In this document: positions 11,642 to 21,155 of the stretch, piece by piece | Layout of the letters: each line of letters begins with the position of its first letter | Numbering within the stretch: position 1 is the stretch's first letter | From: a bacterium | GTDB taxonomy: Bacteria > Eisenbacteria > RBG-16-71-46 | NCBI GenBank assembly: GCA_043779265.1 | Contig: JAYWEM010000065.1 | Location: forward strand, 1 to 43,492 | Length of the DNA stretch: 43,492 nt | Reading direction: 5' to 3' | Made by a program: the position numbers and the translations under genes | Notes under the pieces: model-generated | What the model saw: the letters and a program-made list of their open reading frames with translations, nothing else | Database searches by the model: none | What the model was told of the DNA's origin: nothing

Positions 11642-12022
11642 GTGCTCGACCTCCTCGCCTTGTCGCTGGCTTCGCGCTTCGCCCCACGATTCGTGCCCGG
11701 TGCGGCCCTTCACCGCCGGGCCCTGGCACTCAGTGCCACGGGGGACCACGCCCGTGCCGATTATCTGCTGGATGCGGCAGCGCTCGCCTACCGCGAGGAA
11801 CTCGCCGTCGAGGCGCTCGCGAGGCTCCGGGTGCATCAGGCCATGTCGCGTGTGCGGAGGCAGGGTGGGGATCCCGGCGAGTCGCCGATGCTGTTCGATG
11901 TCGTCCAGGGGATCCAACGGCTCGACCGTCTCGAGCGCTTCGAGAGCCCGCACGAGCTGGACGACGCGCGCGCGGTCCTCGCTGACTGGCTGGGTGATGG
12001 AGCCCCCTCTCGGGCGGCGTGA
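11642..12022 (+). CDS. Hypothetical helical protein (126 aa)
   Basis: GTG at 11642 follows GGAG (11631-11634), in frame with the 11471-12022 ORF, and fills the gap. No recognisable domain. Start uncertain. Confidence 0.55.
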   Translation: MLDLLALSLASRFAPRFVPGAALHRRALALSATGDHARADYLLDAAALAYREELAVEALARLRVHQAMSRVRRQGGDPGESPMLFDVVQGIQRLDRLERFESPHELDDARAVLADWLGDGAPSRAA

Positions 12023-12048
12023 CCCCGGCCCCGTCTCGTCGCTATACT
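12019..12048 (+). promoter_or_regulatory. Putative sigma70 promoter GTGACC-N18-TATACT for the moxR/bat operon
   Basis: TATACT 12043-12048, GTGACC 12019-12024, upstream of the AGGAAGGA RBS of moxR. Confidence 0.55.
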
Positions 12049-12103
12049 GCACGACTTCGAGAGGACCTCGTTCAAACGACCGGCACCTTCCAGGAAGGAA
12101 GCT

Positions 12104-13087
12104 ATGACCGTCGATTCCCAGGCCGCGCGGCGGATCGAACGCGCAGGTGAAACGCTCCAGCGGGTCCGCGATGAAGTCGGTCGTGCGGTCGTCGGCCAGC
12201 GGGCGATGGTGGACCGCCTGCTCATCGGACTCCTGACCGGTGGCCACATCCTGCTCGAGGGTGTCCCGGGGCTGGCGAAGACGCTCGCCGCGAATAGTCT
12301 GGCCCAGGCGCTCTCGCTCCGTTTCCGGCGGATCCAGTTCACGCCCGACCTGCTGCCGGCCGACCTCACGGGCACGCTGATCTACAACCCGCGTGACGGA
12401 TCGTTCAGCGCCAAGAAGGGGCCGCTGTTCTCGAACCTCGTGCTGGCTGATGAGATCAACCGTGCACCGGCCAAGGTCCAGTCCGCGCTGCTCGAGGCGA
12501 TGCAGGAGAAGCAGGTCACGCTCGGGGACGAGACGCACCGACTCGAGGATCCGTTCCTCGTGCTCGCGACCCAGAATCCGATCGAGCAGGAGGGGACGTA
12601 CCCGCTGCCCGAGGCCCAGAGCGACCGCTTCATGTTCAAGGTCAAGATCGGCTACCCCGAGCGCGCCGAGGAGAAGGAGATCCTCCGACGTGCCGGACTC
12701 GCCACGCTTCCGACGCTGACGCCGCAGGCGACGCGCGAGCAGGTGCTCGAGGCGCGTCAGGCGCTCGATGCCGTCTACGTCGATGACAAGATCCAGGAGT
12801 ACGCACTCGATCTGGTGGGCGCGACGCGCCGGCCCAAGGACTTCGGTCTGTCGCTCGAATCGATGATCACACACGGGGCCTCGCCGCGCGCGACGATCTT
12901 CCTCGTGCGGGGAGCCCAGGCGCTGGCCGTCGTGCGAGGTCGTCCCTATGTGCTCCCCGAGGACATCAAGGGCATCGCCCTCGACGTCCTCCGGCATCGC
13001 ATCCAGGTCTCCTACGAGGCCGAAGCCGAGGGCGTGGACGGCGAGGAGGTCGCGCGCCGGATCCTGGAGCAGGTGCGCGTTCCCTGA
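12104..13087 (+). CDS. moxR: MoxR-family AAA+ ATPase
   Basis: LLEGVPGLAKT, RIQFTPDLLPADLTG, LADEINRAPAKVQSALLEAMQE, ATQNPIEQEGTYPLPEAQ.DRF, GASPRA. Confidence 0.96.
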   Translation: MTVDSQAARRIERAGETLQRVRDEVGRAVVGQRAMVDRLLIGLLTGGHILLEGVPGLAKTLAANSLAQALSLRFRRIQFTPDLLPADLTGTLIYNPRDGSFSAKKGPLFSNLVLADEINRAPAKVQSALLEAMQEKQVTLGDETHRLEDPFLVLATQNPIEQEGTYPLPEAQSDRFMFKVKIGYPERAEEKEILRRAGLATLPTLTPQATREQVLEARQALDAVYVDDKIQEYALDLVGATRRPKDFGLSLESMITHGASPRATIFLVRGAQALAVVRGRPYVLPEDIKGIALDVLRHRIQVSYEAEAEGVDGEEVARRILEQVRVP

Positions 13088-13977
13088 TGGCTGCGCCCGA
13101 GCTGCTTCGCCGCGTTCGCCGGCTCGAGATCCGGAGTCGGCACCTCGTCGAGGACCTCTTCACCGGTCGATCCGAGAGTGTGTTCAAGGGCCGCGGCGTC
13201 GAGTTCGAGGAGGTGCGCCCCTACGTCCCCGGCGACGAGGTGCGCGACATCGACTGGAATGTCACCGCCCGGTTGGGTGCGCCCTACGTGAAGCGGTTCG
13301 TCGAGGAACGCGAACTCACCGTGATGCTGGTCGTCGACGTCTCGCGGTCCATGCGGTTCGGGACGCACGGCCAGGATCGCCGCGAACTGGCGGCCGAGTT
13401 GTGCGCCGTGCTCGGGTTCGCTGCGGTGCGGCAGGACGATCGCGTCGGACTCGTCCTGTGCGCGGGTGAGGTCGAGCACTTCGTCCCACCGGCGCGCGGC
13501 CGTCGCCACCTGCTCCGCATCCTGCGCGACCTGCTGGCGCACGAGCCGCGCAGCGACGGCACGCGGCTGGGCGAGGGGGCGAAGTTCCTCGCGCGGAGCC
13601 TCAAGCGGCATGCGCTCGTCTTCTGGATGTCGGATTTCGAGGACACGCTCGATCCGAGGGACTGGCGCGTGCTCTCGAAGCGCCATGAGCTGACGGCTCT
13701 GGCGCTGCGCGACCCGCGCGACGAGGTGCTGCCTTCGGCCGGCTGGGTGGTGATGGAGGATCTCGAGACCGGCCAGCGGCGCATGGTGGACACCGGTTCG
13801 AGCTCCGTGCGGCAGCGCTACCAGACTCAGGCGCGCGAGCGCCGCCGCGCCGCCGAGCAGACGCTCGCCAAGGCGCGCTGTCCTCTGCTCGCGCTCTCGA
13901 CCGATCCCAGGCGTCCCTGGCTCCCCGTCCTGTTGCAGCACTTCGCCTCGCGTCGTCGGGGCCGGGGCCTGGCGTGA
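13087..13977 (+). CDS. DUF58 domain protein (MoxR-associated, VWA-like)
   Basis: KGRGVEFEEVRPYVPGDEVRDIDWNVTAR, VKRFVEERELT, VDVSRSM, MSDF. Confidence 0.93.
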   Translation: MAAPELLRRVRRLEIRSRHLVEDLFTGRSESVFKGRGVEFEEVRPYVPGDEVRDIDWNVTARLGAPYVKRFVEERELTVMLVVDVSRSMRFGTHGQDRRELAAELCAVLGFAAVRQDDRVGLVLCAGEVEHFVPPARGRRHLLRILRDLLAHEPRSDGTRLGEGAKFLARSLKRHALVFWMSDFEDTLDPRDWRVLSKRHELTALALRDPRDEVLPSAGWVVMEDLETGQRRMVDTGSSSVRQRYQTQARERRRAAEQTLAKARCPLLALSTDPRRPWLPVLLQHFASRRRGRGLA

Positions 13978-14999
13978 GAGCGGGGGGGATCATGGCCGCG
14001 ATCGCGATGGTCGGCCTGCTGGCCGATCCCGCCGCCGCTCAGGACAACCTGCCGCCACTCGAGGCGCTGCGAGGAGGCCCGAGGCGGCATGAGAGCGGGG
14101 TTCCCCTGCATGTCTCGGTGCTCCCCTCACCGGCAGCGGTCGGCGCGAAACTGTCGTATCGAGGCTCCGCGGTTGTGGATCGCGTCGTCCGCGTCGACTT
14201 CGTCCGGCCGAAGAGCGCGGGTGCGTTCACGTGGAGTGAGATGAACATCCGGCGCATCCCGTTCGCGAGCCAGGGCGCGTATCAGAACCAGAGTCGTGAC
14301 AGCGTCGTGTTCGAGGCCGTGCTTCAAGTCTTCGAGACCGGTACCGTGGCCATCCCGGGACCCGAGATGCGGCTCGCGGGAGTGCAATGGAGTGCGCGGC
14401 CCGTGCACACGAGGCTTCCGACCGCGCATGTCGTGATCCGTTCGAGCCTCACGGCGGCCGACTCGGCGGCACGATTCCGTGGTCTGCGGGGCCCGCTCGC
14501 AGCGCCTTGGTGGGAGCGCATCAGCTGGTCGCGCGTGTTCGCGGGACTGATCGCCCTGGCGGCGCTCGTGCTGTTCATTCGCATGTTGAGGCGTCGGCGA
14601 CCAGCGAAACCTGTGTCGGGCGCCGCTCCCGGGACGCCTCGCGCGAAGCGCGATGCCGCCACCGAGGCGCTGGATGCCCTGGCCGCGCTTCGGCGCGAGC
14701 AGTTGCCCGAGCAGGGGCGCTTCGATCAGCACGCGTTCGAGCTGACACGCATCCTGAGGCGCTATCTCGAGATCACGTTCGTGGTCCCGAGGCCCGGCGA
14801 CACGAGTGAGGAGCTCATGGAGCGACTGCGTCAGTCGCGCCAGGCCGAGAGCCACGTCGCCCGGCTCGGTGGGCTGCTCGGTGTGTGGGACCGACTCAAG
14901 TTCGCCCGCGCCTCGTCCTCGGTCAACGAAGCTCGCGCCAGTGAGAGCGCGGTCGAGGACGTCATCCGTAGCACCCGAACGCCGGGGCGTGCGGCATGA
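13974..14999 (+). CDS. Membrane-anchored hypothetical of the bat operon (DUF4381/BatD-like)
   Basis: N-terminal signal-like stretch, one TM followed by RRRR, and C-terminal ILRRYLE...TSEEL...D.LKFAR, typical of the gene between DUF58 and batA. Confidence 0.7.
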   Translation: MRAGGIMAAIAMVGLLADPAAAQDNLPPLEALRGGPRRHESGVPLHVSVLPSPAAVGAKLSYRGSAVVDRVVRVDFVRPKSAGAFTWSEMNIRRIPFASQGAYQNQSRDSVVFEAVLQVFETGTVAIPGPEMRLAGVQWSARPVHTRLPTAHVVIRSSLTAADSAARFRGLRGPLAAPWWERISWSRVFAGLIALAALVLFIRMLRRRRPAKPVSGAAPGTPRAKRDAATEALDALAALRREQLPEQGRFDQHAFELTRILRRYLEITFVVPRPGDTSEELMERLRQSRQAESHVARLGGLLGVWDRLKFARASSSVNEARASESAVEDVIRSTRTPGRAA

Positions 15000-15982
15000 T
15001 CCGGTTCGAATACCCTTGGCTTCTGCTGGCGCTCCTGCTCTTGCCGGCTCTGATGATCCTGCGCTGGCGTCGGCCCGACACGCGGCGCCCCGCGGTGCTG
15101 TGGGGCCCGGTTCGCGGCATCCCGGTGGATGTGTGGCGCTCGCGTATCGTGCTGCTGGTCCGCGGCCTTCCGTGGCTCGTGCTCCTGCTGGCGCTGGTGG
15201 CGCTGGCCCGTCCACAGCAGGGCCTCCAGCAGAGCGAGGTGGAATCGAGAGGCGTGGACATCGTGTTGGCACTCGATGTCTCGCCGAGCATGCGGGTGGA
15301 TGACATGGGTGGCGGATCTCGGCTCGATGTCGCGCGTGCGACGGCGATGGACTTCGTGCGAGGCCGGCCGCATGACCGGATCGGGGTCGTGGTGTTCGCT
15401 GGGACGGCGTTCACGCAGTCCCCGCTGACGCTCGACCACGAGACGCTGGTCGACCTCCTGCGTCAGATCGACTTCGGGATGGCCGAGGATGGCACTGCGA
15501 TCGGCATGGGTCTCGCGACGTCCGTCCAACGACTCAAGGACAGCAAGACTCCTTCCAAGGTCGTGCTGCTCCTCACCGATGGCGAGAACAATCGGGGCGC
15601 GATCGATCCGATGACGGCGGCCGAACTCGCGAGCGCCATGGGCATCAAGGTGTACACGGTCCTCGTCGGTCGGCCGACGATGGCGCGTGTCCGTGTCGAT
15701 GACCCGGTGCTCGGGTCCACGTTCGTGCTGCAGCCGGTGGACGTCGATGAGGCGCCGCTGATCGAGATCGCCAAGCGCACGGGTGGCCGTTTCTTCCGAG
15801 CGGGTGACGCCACCGCGCTGGCGGGGATCTACAGCGAGGTGGATCGTCTGGAGCGGGCGCCGATCCGCGCGGTCGTGTTCCGCGAGTATCGCGACCTGGG
15901 TCCGCAACTACTCGCCTGGTGCGCGTTGCTGCTCGCACTCTCGATCGTCTCCAATACGACCTGGGCGTTCCGGGCGCCATGA
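14996..15982 (+). CDS. batA: BatA-like VWA domain protein
   Basis: N-terminal FEYPWLL and LALARPQ, MIDAS DVSPSM, GTAIGMGL, LLTDGENNRG, TGGRFFRA, C-terminal TM. Confidence 0.9.
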   Translation: MIRFEYPWLLLALLLLPALMILRWRRPDTRRPAVLWGPVRGIPVDVWRSRIVLLVRGLPWLVLLLALVALARPQQGLQQSEVESRGVDIVLALDVSPSMRVDDMGGGSRLDVARATAMDFVRGRPHDRIGVVVFAGTAFTQSPLTLDHETLVDLLRQIDFGMAEDGTAIGMGLATSVQRLKDSKTPSKVVLLLTDGENNRGAIDPMTAAELASAMGIKVYTVLVGRPTMARVRVDDPVLGSTFVLQPVDVDEAPLIEIAKRTGGRFFRAGDATALAGIYSEVDRLERAPIRAVVFREYRDLGPQLLAWCALLLALSIVSNTTWAFRAP

Positions 15983-15992
15983 GGAGCGAGCG

Positions 15993-17723
15993 ATGATCTT
16001 CGAAGCCCCGTGGCTGCTGCTCGGCCTATTTCTGGTGCCGCTGCTCGCGCTGCTCGAGTTGAAGGCCTCCAAACGCCGCGAGAGCGTGCTGCGGAATCTC
16101 GTGGGTGCGCGAGCAGACCATCCGCTGCTCGTCCAGCGGCGCAGCGATCGACCGGCTCTCGGGGCCTGTCTGCGCCTGGGTGCGCTCGCACTGCTCGTGC
16201 TGGGTGCCGCCGGACCGCAGTGGGGCCGCGAAGCTGTGCGACGCGCTTCGCAGGGCTCCGACATCGTGTTCGTGATCGATGTCTCCGCCAGCATGGACGC
16301 GCGCGACGTCGCGCCGTCGCGTCTGGAGGAGTCGAGACGCGAAGCGCTCGCGCTGGTCGACCGACTGGGAGGCAGCCGCGTCGGTGTGATCGCATTCGCC
16401 GGTGATGCGGTACGACTTTGCCCGCTCACGCTCGATCAGGCGGCCCTTCGGCTCACGCTCGGCAGCCTCGATTCGCGCACGGTGGGCGAGCCGGGCTCGG
16501 ATCTGGGGCGCGCTCTGACGATGGCCGCCAAGCTCCTGCCCAAGGGACGTCGTGATGAGCAGGCGTTCGTGGTCTGGAGCGATGGCGAGGATCTGGAGGG
16601 CGGTGCGGAGCAGGCGTTGAAGGCCATCCGCGATGCGGGCGTCCGCGTGTTCACGGTCGGTGTCGGGACGGTCGCGGGGGACGCGATCCCGGTGCTCGAC
16701 GAGCAGGGTCGAGCGATCGACATCAAGCGCGACGAGGCGGGCATCGCCGTCCGCTCGCGGCTCGATGAACGCCTGCTGCGCGAACTCGCACGATCGACCC
16801 AGGGCATCTACTTCCGCGGGGACCGCGCGGGTGGTGAACTCCCGCGGCTGGTGGCGGCGCTCGGCGGACTCGCACGTGGGGACCGAGGGGCGAGGCTCGT
16901 GGAGCGTCCGATCGCGCGATTCGGCTGGTTCGCGCTTTTCGCCGCCCTGGCGGTCATGGGTGAACTGGTCCGTCCGAGGCGCCGCTCTCCGACTCGACGT
17001 GCGACACCGACTGCCGTGGCCGCTCGCGTCGCGGCTGCTGCGCTGCTCGTCGCACTCTCGGCCCAGTCGGCGAGCGCACGCTCGAACTGGGCGCGGGCCG
17101 ACGACGCCTTCCGGGCTCAGCGCTGGAGCGAGGCCGAGTCGCTCTACGCCGCGCGGGCCAAGAGCCGCGCTCCGGATGCTGTTCGCACCAACCTCGCCAC
17201 CAGCCGTGCGAGGCTCGGTCGGATGGAGGAGGCCCAGCGTGACCTGTCGCGGATGGCCGGTCGCGACCACGATGCGGGCCGTGCCGCCGGCTACAACCTC
17301 GGAACTCTGCACGCCGAAGCCAAGGACTACGATCGTGCGCTCGGGGAACTGCGCCGTTCCCTCGAGCGTGATCCGAATGATGCGGATGCGCGTTGGAACT
17401 ACGAACTGGCCCATCGACTGCGCGAGGAGAAGCGGGCGCGCGAGAAGGGCCCGACGGATCCGCCGCCCCAGCAGCAGCCCGAGCCGGGCGGCGGCGGCGG
17501 CGACGGTGGACCGCAGCCGCAGGCGCCGCCCGATCCGGGTCGTGGGCAGCCCCAGGCGCCCAAGCCGGGAGGGCCGCCGCAGGGGGGTGCCGGGGGAGCC
17601 GCGAAGATGACGCGCGCGCAAGCGGAGCAACTGCTCGGCTCGCTCCAGGAGCTGGAGCGGCTCGAGCGCAAGCGACGCGAGCGCGCCTCCGGGCGCAGCG
17701 AGCGGCGCGGGAAGGACTGGTGA
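15993..17723 (+). CDS. BatB-like VWA domain fused to a BatC-like TPR domain
   Basis: Start ATG 15993 (GAGGAG RBS). AGPQWG, DVSASM.A.DV.PSRLE, CPLT.D, SDGED, TM, TPRs (YNLG, DARWNYELA), Pro/Gln/Gly linker, QAEQLL..L and terminal KDW. Confidence 0.85.
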   Translation: MIFEAPWLLLGLFLVPLLALLELKASKRRESVLRNLVGARADHPLLVQRRSDRPALGACLRLGALALLVLGAAGPQWGREAVRRASQGSDIVFVIDVSASMDARDVAPSRLEESRREALALVDRLGGSRVGVIAFAGDAVRLCPLTLDQAALRLTLGSLDSRTVGEPGSDLGRALTMAAKLLPKGRRDEQAFVVWSDGEDLEGGAEQALKAIRDAGVRVFTVGVGTVAGDAIPVLDEQGRAIDIKRDEAGIAVRSRLDERLLRELARSTQGIYFRGDRAGGELPRLVAALGGLARGDRGARLVERPIARFGWFALFAALAVMGELVRPRRRSPTRRATPTAVAARVAAAALLVALSAQSASARSNWARADDAFRAQRWSEAESLYAARAKSRAPDAVRTNLATSRARLGRMEEAQRDLSRMAGRDHDAGRAAGYNLGTLHAEAKDYDRALGELRRSLERDPNDADARWNYELAHRLREEKRAREKGPTDPPPQQQPEPGGGGGDGGPQPQAPPDPGRGQPQAPKPGGPPQGGAGGAAKMTRAQAEQLLGSLQELERLERKRRERASGRSERRGKDW

Positions 17724-19996
17724 TGCGGCCCATCGCCACCTTGATCGCGCTGGCGACGCTCTTGCTCTCGAGCGTACGCTCGCATGCCGCGACACGGCTC
17801 GAGGCCGATCTCTCACAGTCCGGGATCGAGGTCGGATCGAGCACCACGTTGGTGCTGCGCATCTTCGATCCGCAGGGCGACGTGGGCGAGCCGAGACTCG
17901 AACTGCCGGAAGGGCTCGACATCCTGGCGCGCGATCGCTCGCAGAGCTTCTCCTGGATCAATGGCAAGAGCACGAGCGAGGTGACCTACCGCATCGAGCT
18001 GACGGCGCGCCGTACGGGTTCGTACTCGGTCGGCCCGGTGCGCATCGCCGTCGGGCGGCAGGGGTTCGTCAGCAACACGTTGCCGCTGACCGTGCGCACC
18101 GCGGCAGCGCCTTCGAGCGGGGGGGCGGGGCGTGGGCCCGCCGCGCTGCTGCTCGACCTGACTCCGAGTCATCCGTACGTGGGGGAGGTCTGCCAACTCC
18201 GTGTGCGGCTGGTCCAGCGCGTGGCATTGGCCGAGGCGTCGCAGTACCTGCCACCTTCCGCGACCGGTTTCTGGACCGAGCGCTGGAGCGAGCCTGCCAG
18301 CTTCGAGGCTCGCGAGGGCAATCGCCCGGTCATCGTGATGGAGCGACGGCTCCGCCTCTACCCGCTCGCAACCGGTCACGTGCGCGTGGGTCAGGCCATC
18401 GCGCTCGTGACGCCGGCCTCCAACAGCGGTGCAGATCGGATGTGGGGGACGGTCATCGGCGGTCAACCGGTCGAACTCCGGAGCGACTCGTTACGCGTTC
18501 GCGTTCGCCCACTCCCCGCGGGAGAGCCCGATTCATTCGATGGCGCCGTCGGGAGATTCCATGTGACCTTCTCACTCGATCGCGACCACACGACGCTCGA
18601 TCAGGCGTTCACCGCGACGCTCGATGTCCGAGGGGAAGGTAACCTGCCCCTCGTGAAAACGCCGGCGTGGACGCCTGCGGACGTCGAGGTGTTCGGCAGC
18701 TCGATCGAGGACAGCCTGGCGCCAGCGGGCGAACTGGGAAGCGCGAGACGCAGCTTCCGCTGGACGTTGGTCCCCCGTCGCGAGGGAACGCTCACGATCA
18801 CGCCGCCTCGTCTCGCCTGGTTCGATCCCGGGACCGGGAGCTATCGCGTCACGGAACTTCCCGAGATCCGACTCGGGGTGCTCTCGGCGCGTCGGGGCGC
18901 CGCCGGTGGGACGACGGCCGGTTGGCCGGAGGCCTTCACACGCGATCCGGCGAAGCCCGGCTCGAAGTCGGCCTCGCCGTGGGCCGCCGTGATCGCCGGG
19001 CTCGCGATGGGTGCGGCATGGCGGTTCGCGCGCCAGCGAGGCGTCGTCGATCCGCGTTCCGCCGAACGTGCCCATCAGCGTGAACTGCTGCGAGGCGTGG
19101 GACTTGCGAAGGGTCCGGATTTCTGGCGCGCCGCCGATGAGGCGCTGGCGTGGTCGGAGGTGAGAGGCGAGCGCGTGCTCCGACTGCGCGAGGAGGTGCA
19201 CACGGCACGCTACGGCGGGCAGGCGCTCGACGAGGAAGGCGTGCGGCGACGTGTGGTCGAGCGTCTGGGCGAAGCGCTTCCGCCACCGCCCGCACAGCCA
19301 CCCCGCGTGATCTACCTGTCCATCGCAGTCGTGGTCGCGCTGGCGGCGTGGTGGTTCGCCGCTCCGCGCCCCGGAAGCGCGCGCGGCGAAGAGCGAGCGC
19401 GGTCTGCGGATGTGGCAGCGCGCGCCGGCCGTATCGATGAAGCCGGCAGCGAGTGGCGGAGTCTGTGGCGAGAGAGTCCGGGTTCGCCGGCCCTCGCGGC
19501 TCGTCTGGCGTGGGCTGCACTCGGGGCCGAGCGTCCCGCCGATGCGGCAGCCTGGGTGCTCCTGGGTCGCCGTGGAGAGCCGCGTTCGGCGTCGCTCTCG
19601 GCAGCCGAGGTGCGCGTGCGCGAAGTGGGCGCACTGACTGGAGCCGGGAGTGGGCCGCTGCCGATCCGTTCGCTCGAGTGGGCGGCGCTCGCGTGCGCCC
19701 TGGCACTCGGGGCCGCTCTCGAGTTCTCGAGACGCCGCACCAGTGCCGTGCTGCTCGCACTCTCGTTGGCTGCGAGCATCGTGCCGCTCTGGGAGGCGCG
19801 GGCCGCGCGCGATCCGCGCATCCGTGTGGTGTCGCGCGAGGTGAGATTGGAAGCGGCGGATATGGTGCTGACTCCCGGGGAGGTGGTGCGAGCGGATGCG
19901 CTTCCGGGAGGTCGATGGCGTGTGCGCGCCGGGCGCGACTTGAGTGGTGAGGTTCCTTCCGAGGCGTTGATGCGTCCGCGGGAGGTCGTGCGATGA
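17723..19996 (+). CDS. BatD-family protein with a BatE-like (TPR/SH3-like) C-terminal extension
   Basis: Start ATG 17723 (TGATG overlap). Signal peptide, SFSWING, PYVGE, FDGAVGRF, GEGNL, FDP.TG.Y, then TMs and a terminal WRVR..G.LSGEVP. Confidence 0.8.
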   Translation: MRPIATLIALATLLLSSVRSHAATRLEADLSQSGIEVGSSTTLVLRIFDPQGDVGEPRLELPEGLDILARDRSQSFSWINGKSTSEVTYRIELTARRTGSYSVGPVRIAVGRQGFVSNTLPLTVRTAAAPSSGGAGRGPAALLLDLTPSHPYVGEVCQLRVRLVQRVALAEASQYLPPSATGFWTERWSEPASFEAREGNRPVIVMERRLRLYPLATGHVRVGQAIALVTPASNSGADRMWGTVIGGQPVELRSDSLRVRVRPLPAGEPDSFDGAVGRFHVTFSLDRDHTTLDQAFTATLDVRGEGNLPLVKTPAWTPADVEVFGSSIEDSLAPAGELGSARRSFRWTLVPRREGTLTITPPRLAWFDPGTGSYRVTELPEIRLGVLSARRGAAGGTTAGWPEAFTRDPAKPGSKSASPWAAVIAGLAMGAAWRFARQRGVVDPRSAERAHQRELLRGVGLAKGPDFWRAADEALAWSEVRGERVLRLREEVHTARYGGQALDEEGVRRRVVERLGEALPPPPAQPPRVIYLSIAVVVALAAWWFAAPRPGSARGEERARSADVAARAGRIDEAGSEWRSLWRESPGSPALAARLAWAALGAERPADAAAWVLLGRRGEPRSASLSAAEVRVREVGALTGAGSGPLPIRSLEWAALACALALGAALEFSRRRTSAVLLALSLAASIVPLWEARAARDPRIRVVSREVRLEAADMVLTPGEVVRADALPGGRWRVRAGRDLSGEVPSEALMRPREVVR

Positions 19997-20553
19997 ACTC
20001 GGTCCTGACGGGGCTCCTGCTCGCTTCGCTCCTCGTGTCCCCGATCGTGTCGATCGACCAGGCAGTGCGCTCGCGCGTCCAGGCATCCCGGACCGAGGCC
20101 ATGGAGGGGCCGATGCAGACGATCACGCATGGCTCCCGCAAGCTCCTCATCGCCGCGGCCGTCGTCGGCTTGCTCGCTGGCCCCGTCGGTCGCGCGGTCG
20201 TCCTCGAAGCGGTCGTGGCGCTGATCCCGGTGAACCTCGCGGTCGAGGGTCTCAAGTGGACCGTCGGCAGGACGCGTCCCGATGGGGATGCCAAGCGGAA
20301 GAACTCGTCCTTCCCCTCGAGTCATGCGGCGAATGCATGGGCCGCGGCTGCCGTGCTCTCGAGGCGATGGCGCCGGGCATGGCCGATCTTCGCCGCGCTG
20401 GCCGCTCTGGTCTCCTTCTCGCGCATGTTTCTCGACCGCCACTGGCTCTCCGATGTCTCGGCCGGAGCCCTGCTCGGCGTCGGCCTGGCGTTGCTCGCCG
20501 TTCAGTTCCTGAGGCGCGCCAAGCCGGCAAAGGCCTCCACCCCAGTCACTTGA
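19993..20553 (+). CDS. PAP2-family membrane phosphatase
   Basis: KWTVGRTRP, SFPSSH and SRMFLDRHWLSD motifs (C1-C3), with several TM segments. Confidence 0.92.
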   Translation: MNSVLTGLLLASLLVSPIVSIDQAVRSRVQASRTEAMEGPMQTITHGSRKLLIAAAVVGLLAGPVGRAVVLEAVVALIPVNLAVEGLKWTVGRTRPDGDAKRKNSSFPSSHAANAWAAAAVLSRRWRRAWPIFAALAALVSFSRMFLDRHWLSDVSAGALLGVGLALLAVQFLRRAKPAKASTPVT

Positions 20554-20632
20554 GGTGAAGAGTTCGCGTGGGTCCTGAATCACAGTGATGAGGATCCACT
20601 GGGTCTCGGGTGGTTCACGCGTGTTGGTGCTC

Positions 20633-20659
20633 GGAACTGGTCGTCACGGGTGTTAGTCT
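20633..20659 (+). promoter_or_regulatory. Possible ECF-sigma promoter GGAACT-N17-GTCT
   Basis: GGAACT 20633-20638 and GTCT 20656-20659, about 30 nt upstream of the EIIA-like start. Confidence 0.3.
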
Positions 20660-20687
20660 CCGAACTGGCTCGCAGAAGGGAGAGACG

Positions 20688-21155
20688 ATGGCGACACTCG
20701 ACCTCACTTCGGCCCCCGACACCCCGCTCGACATCCTCGACTCGCGGCATCGACGGCGCGAGGGGGCAATCAAACAGTTGGTCGAACTCGCGCTCTCGCG
20801 CGGGGTGATTCGTGATTCCCGGTGGGCGCTCCAAGCCGTGATGCGCCGCGAGCGCATCGCGAGCACGGCAAGCGGCAAGGGGATCGCAGTGCCCAACATC
20901 CGATCGATCTCCGTGGTCCGGCCATGGTTCGCCCTCTCTCGTTCGGCGAAGGGGATGGAGTGGCCCGGAGCCGAGGATGGCCCGGTCCGGCTGGTGCTGT
21001 GTGTGCTCTCGCCGGCGGGGCTCTCGATCGAGCGTCATCACAGTCGCATCGCGCAAGCGCTGCATCAGGTCCGACTGCAGAAGCAGAGGCAGTGGCTGCT
21101 CGAGTCCGACTCGGTCCCGGAACTCCGGGCATGGATGGTGGAGGCCTCGGCTTGA
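20688..21155 (+). CDS. PTS EIIA (Fru/Ntr-type) domain protein, phospho-acceptor His replaced by Asn
   Basis: Start ATG 20688 after GAAGGGAG. RRERIASTASGKGIAVPNIRS, SRSAKGMEW...DGPVRLV. Confidence 0.85.
   Translation: MATLDLTSAPDTPLDILDSRHRRREGAIKQLVELALSRGVIRDSRWALQAVMRRERIASTASGKGIAVPNIRSISVVRPWFALSRSAKGMEWPGAEDGPVRLVLCVLSPAGLSIERHHSRIAQALHQVRLQKQRQWLLESDSVPELRAWMVEASA

Noticed and set aside
17460..17600. GGC and CCG/CAG short repeats
   Set aside because: They encode the Pro/Gln/Gly linker of the BatB/C protein. Not a CRISPR array or mobile-element repeat.
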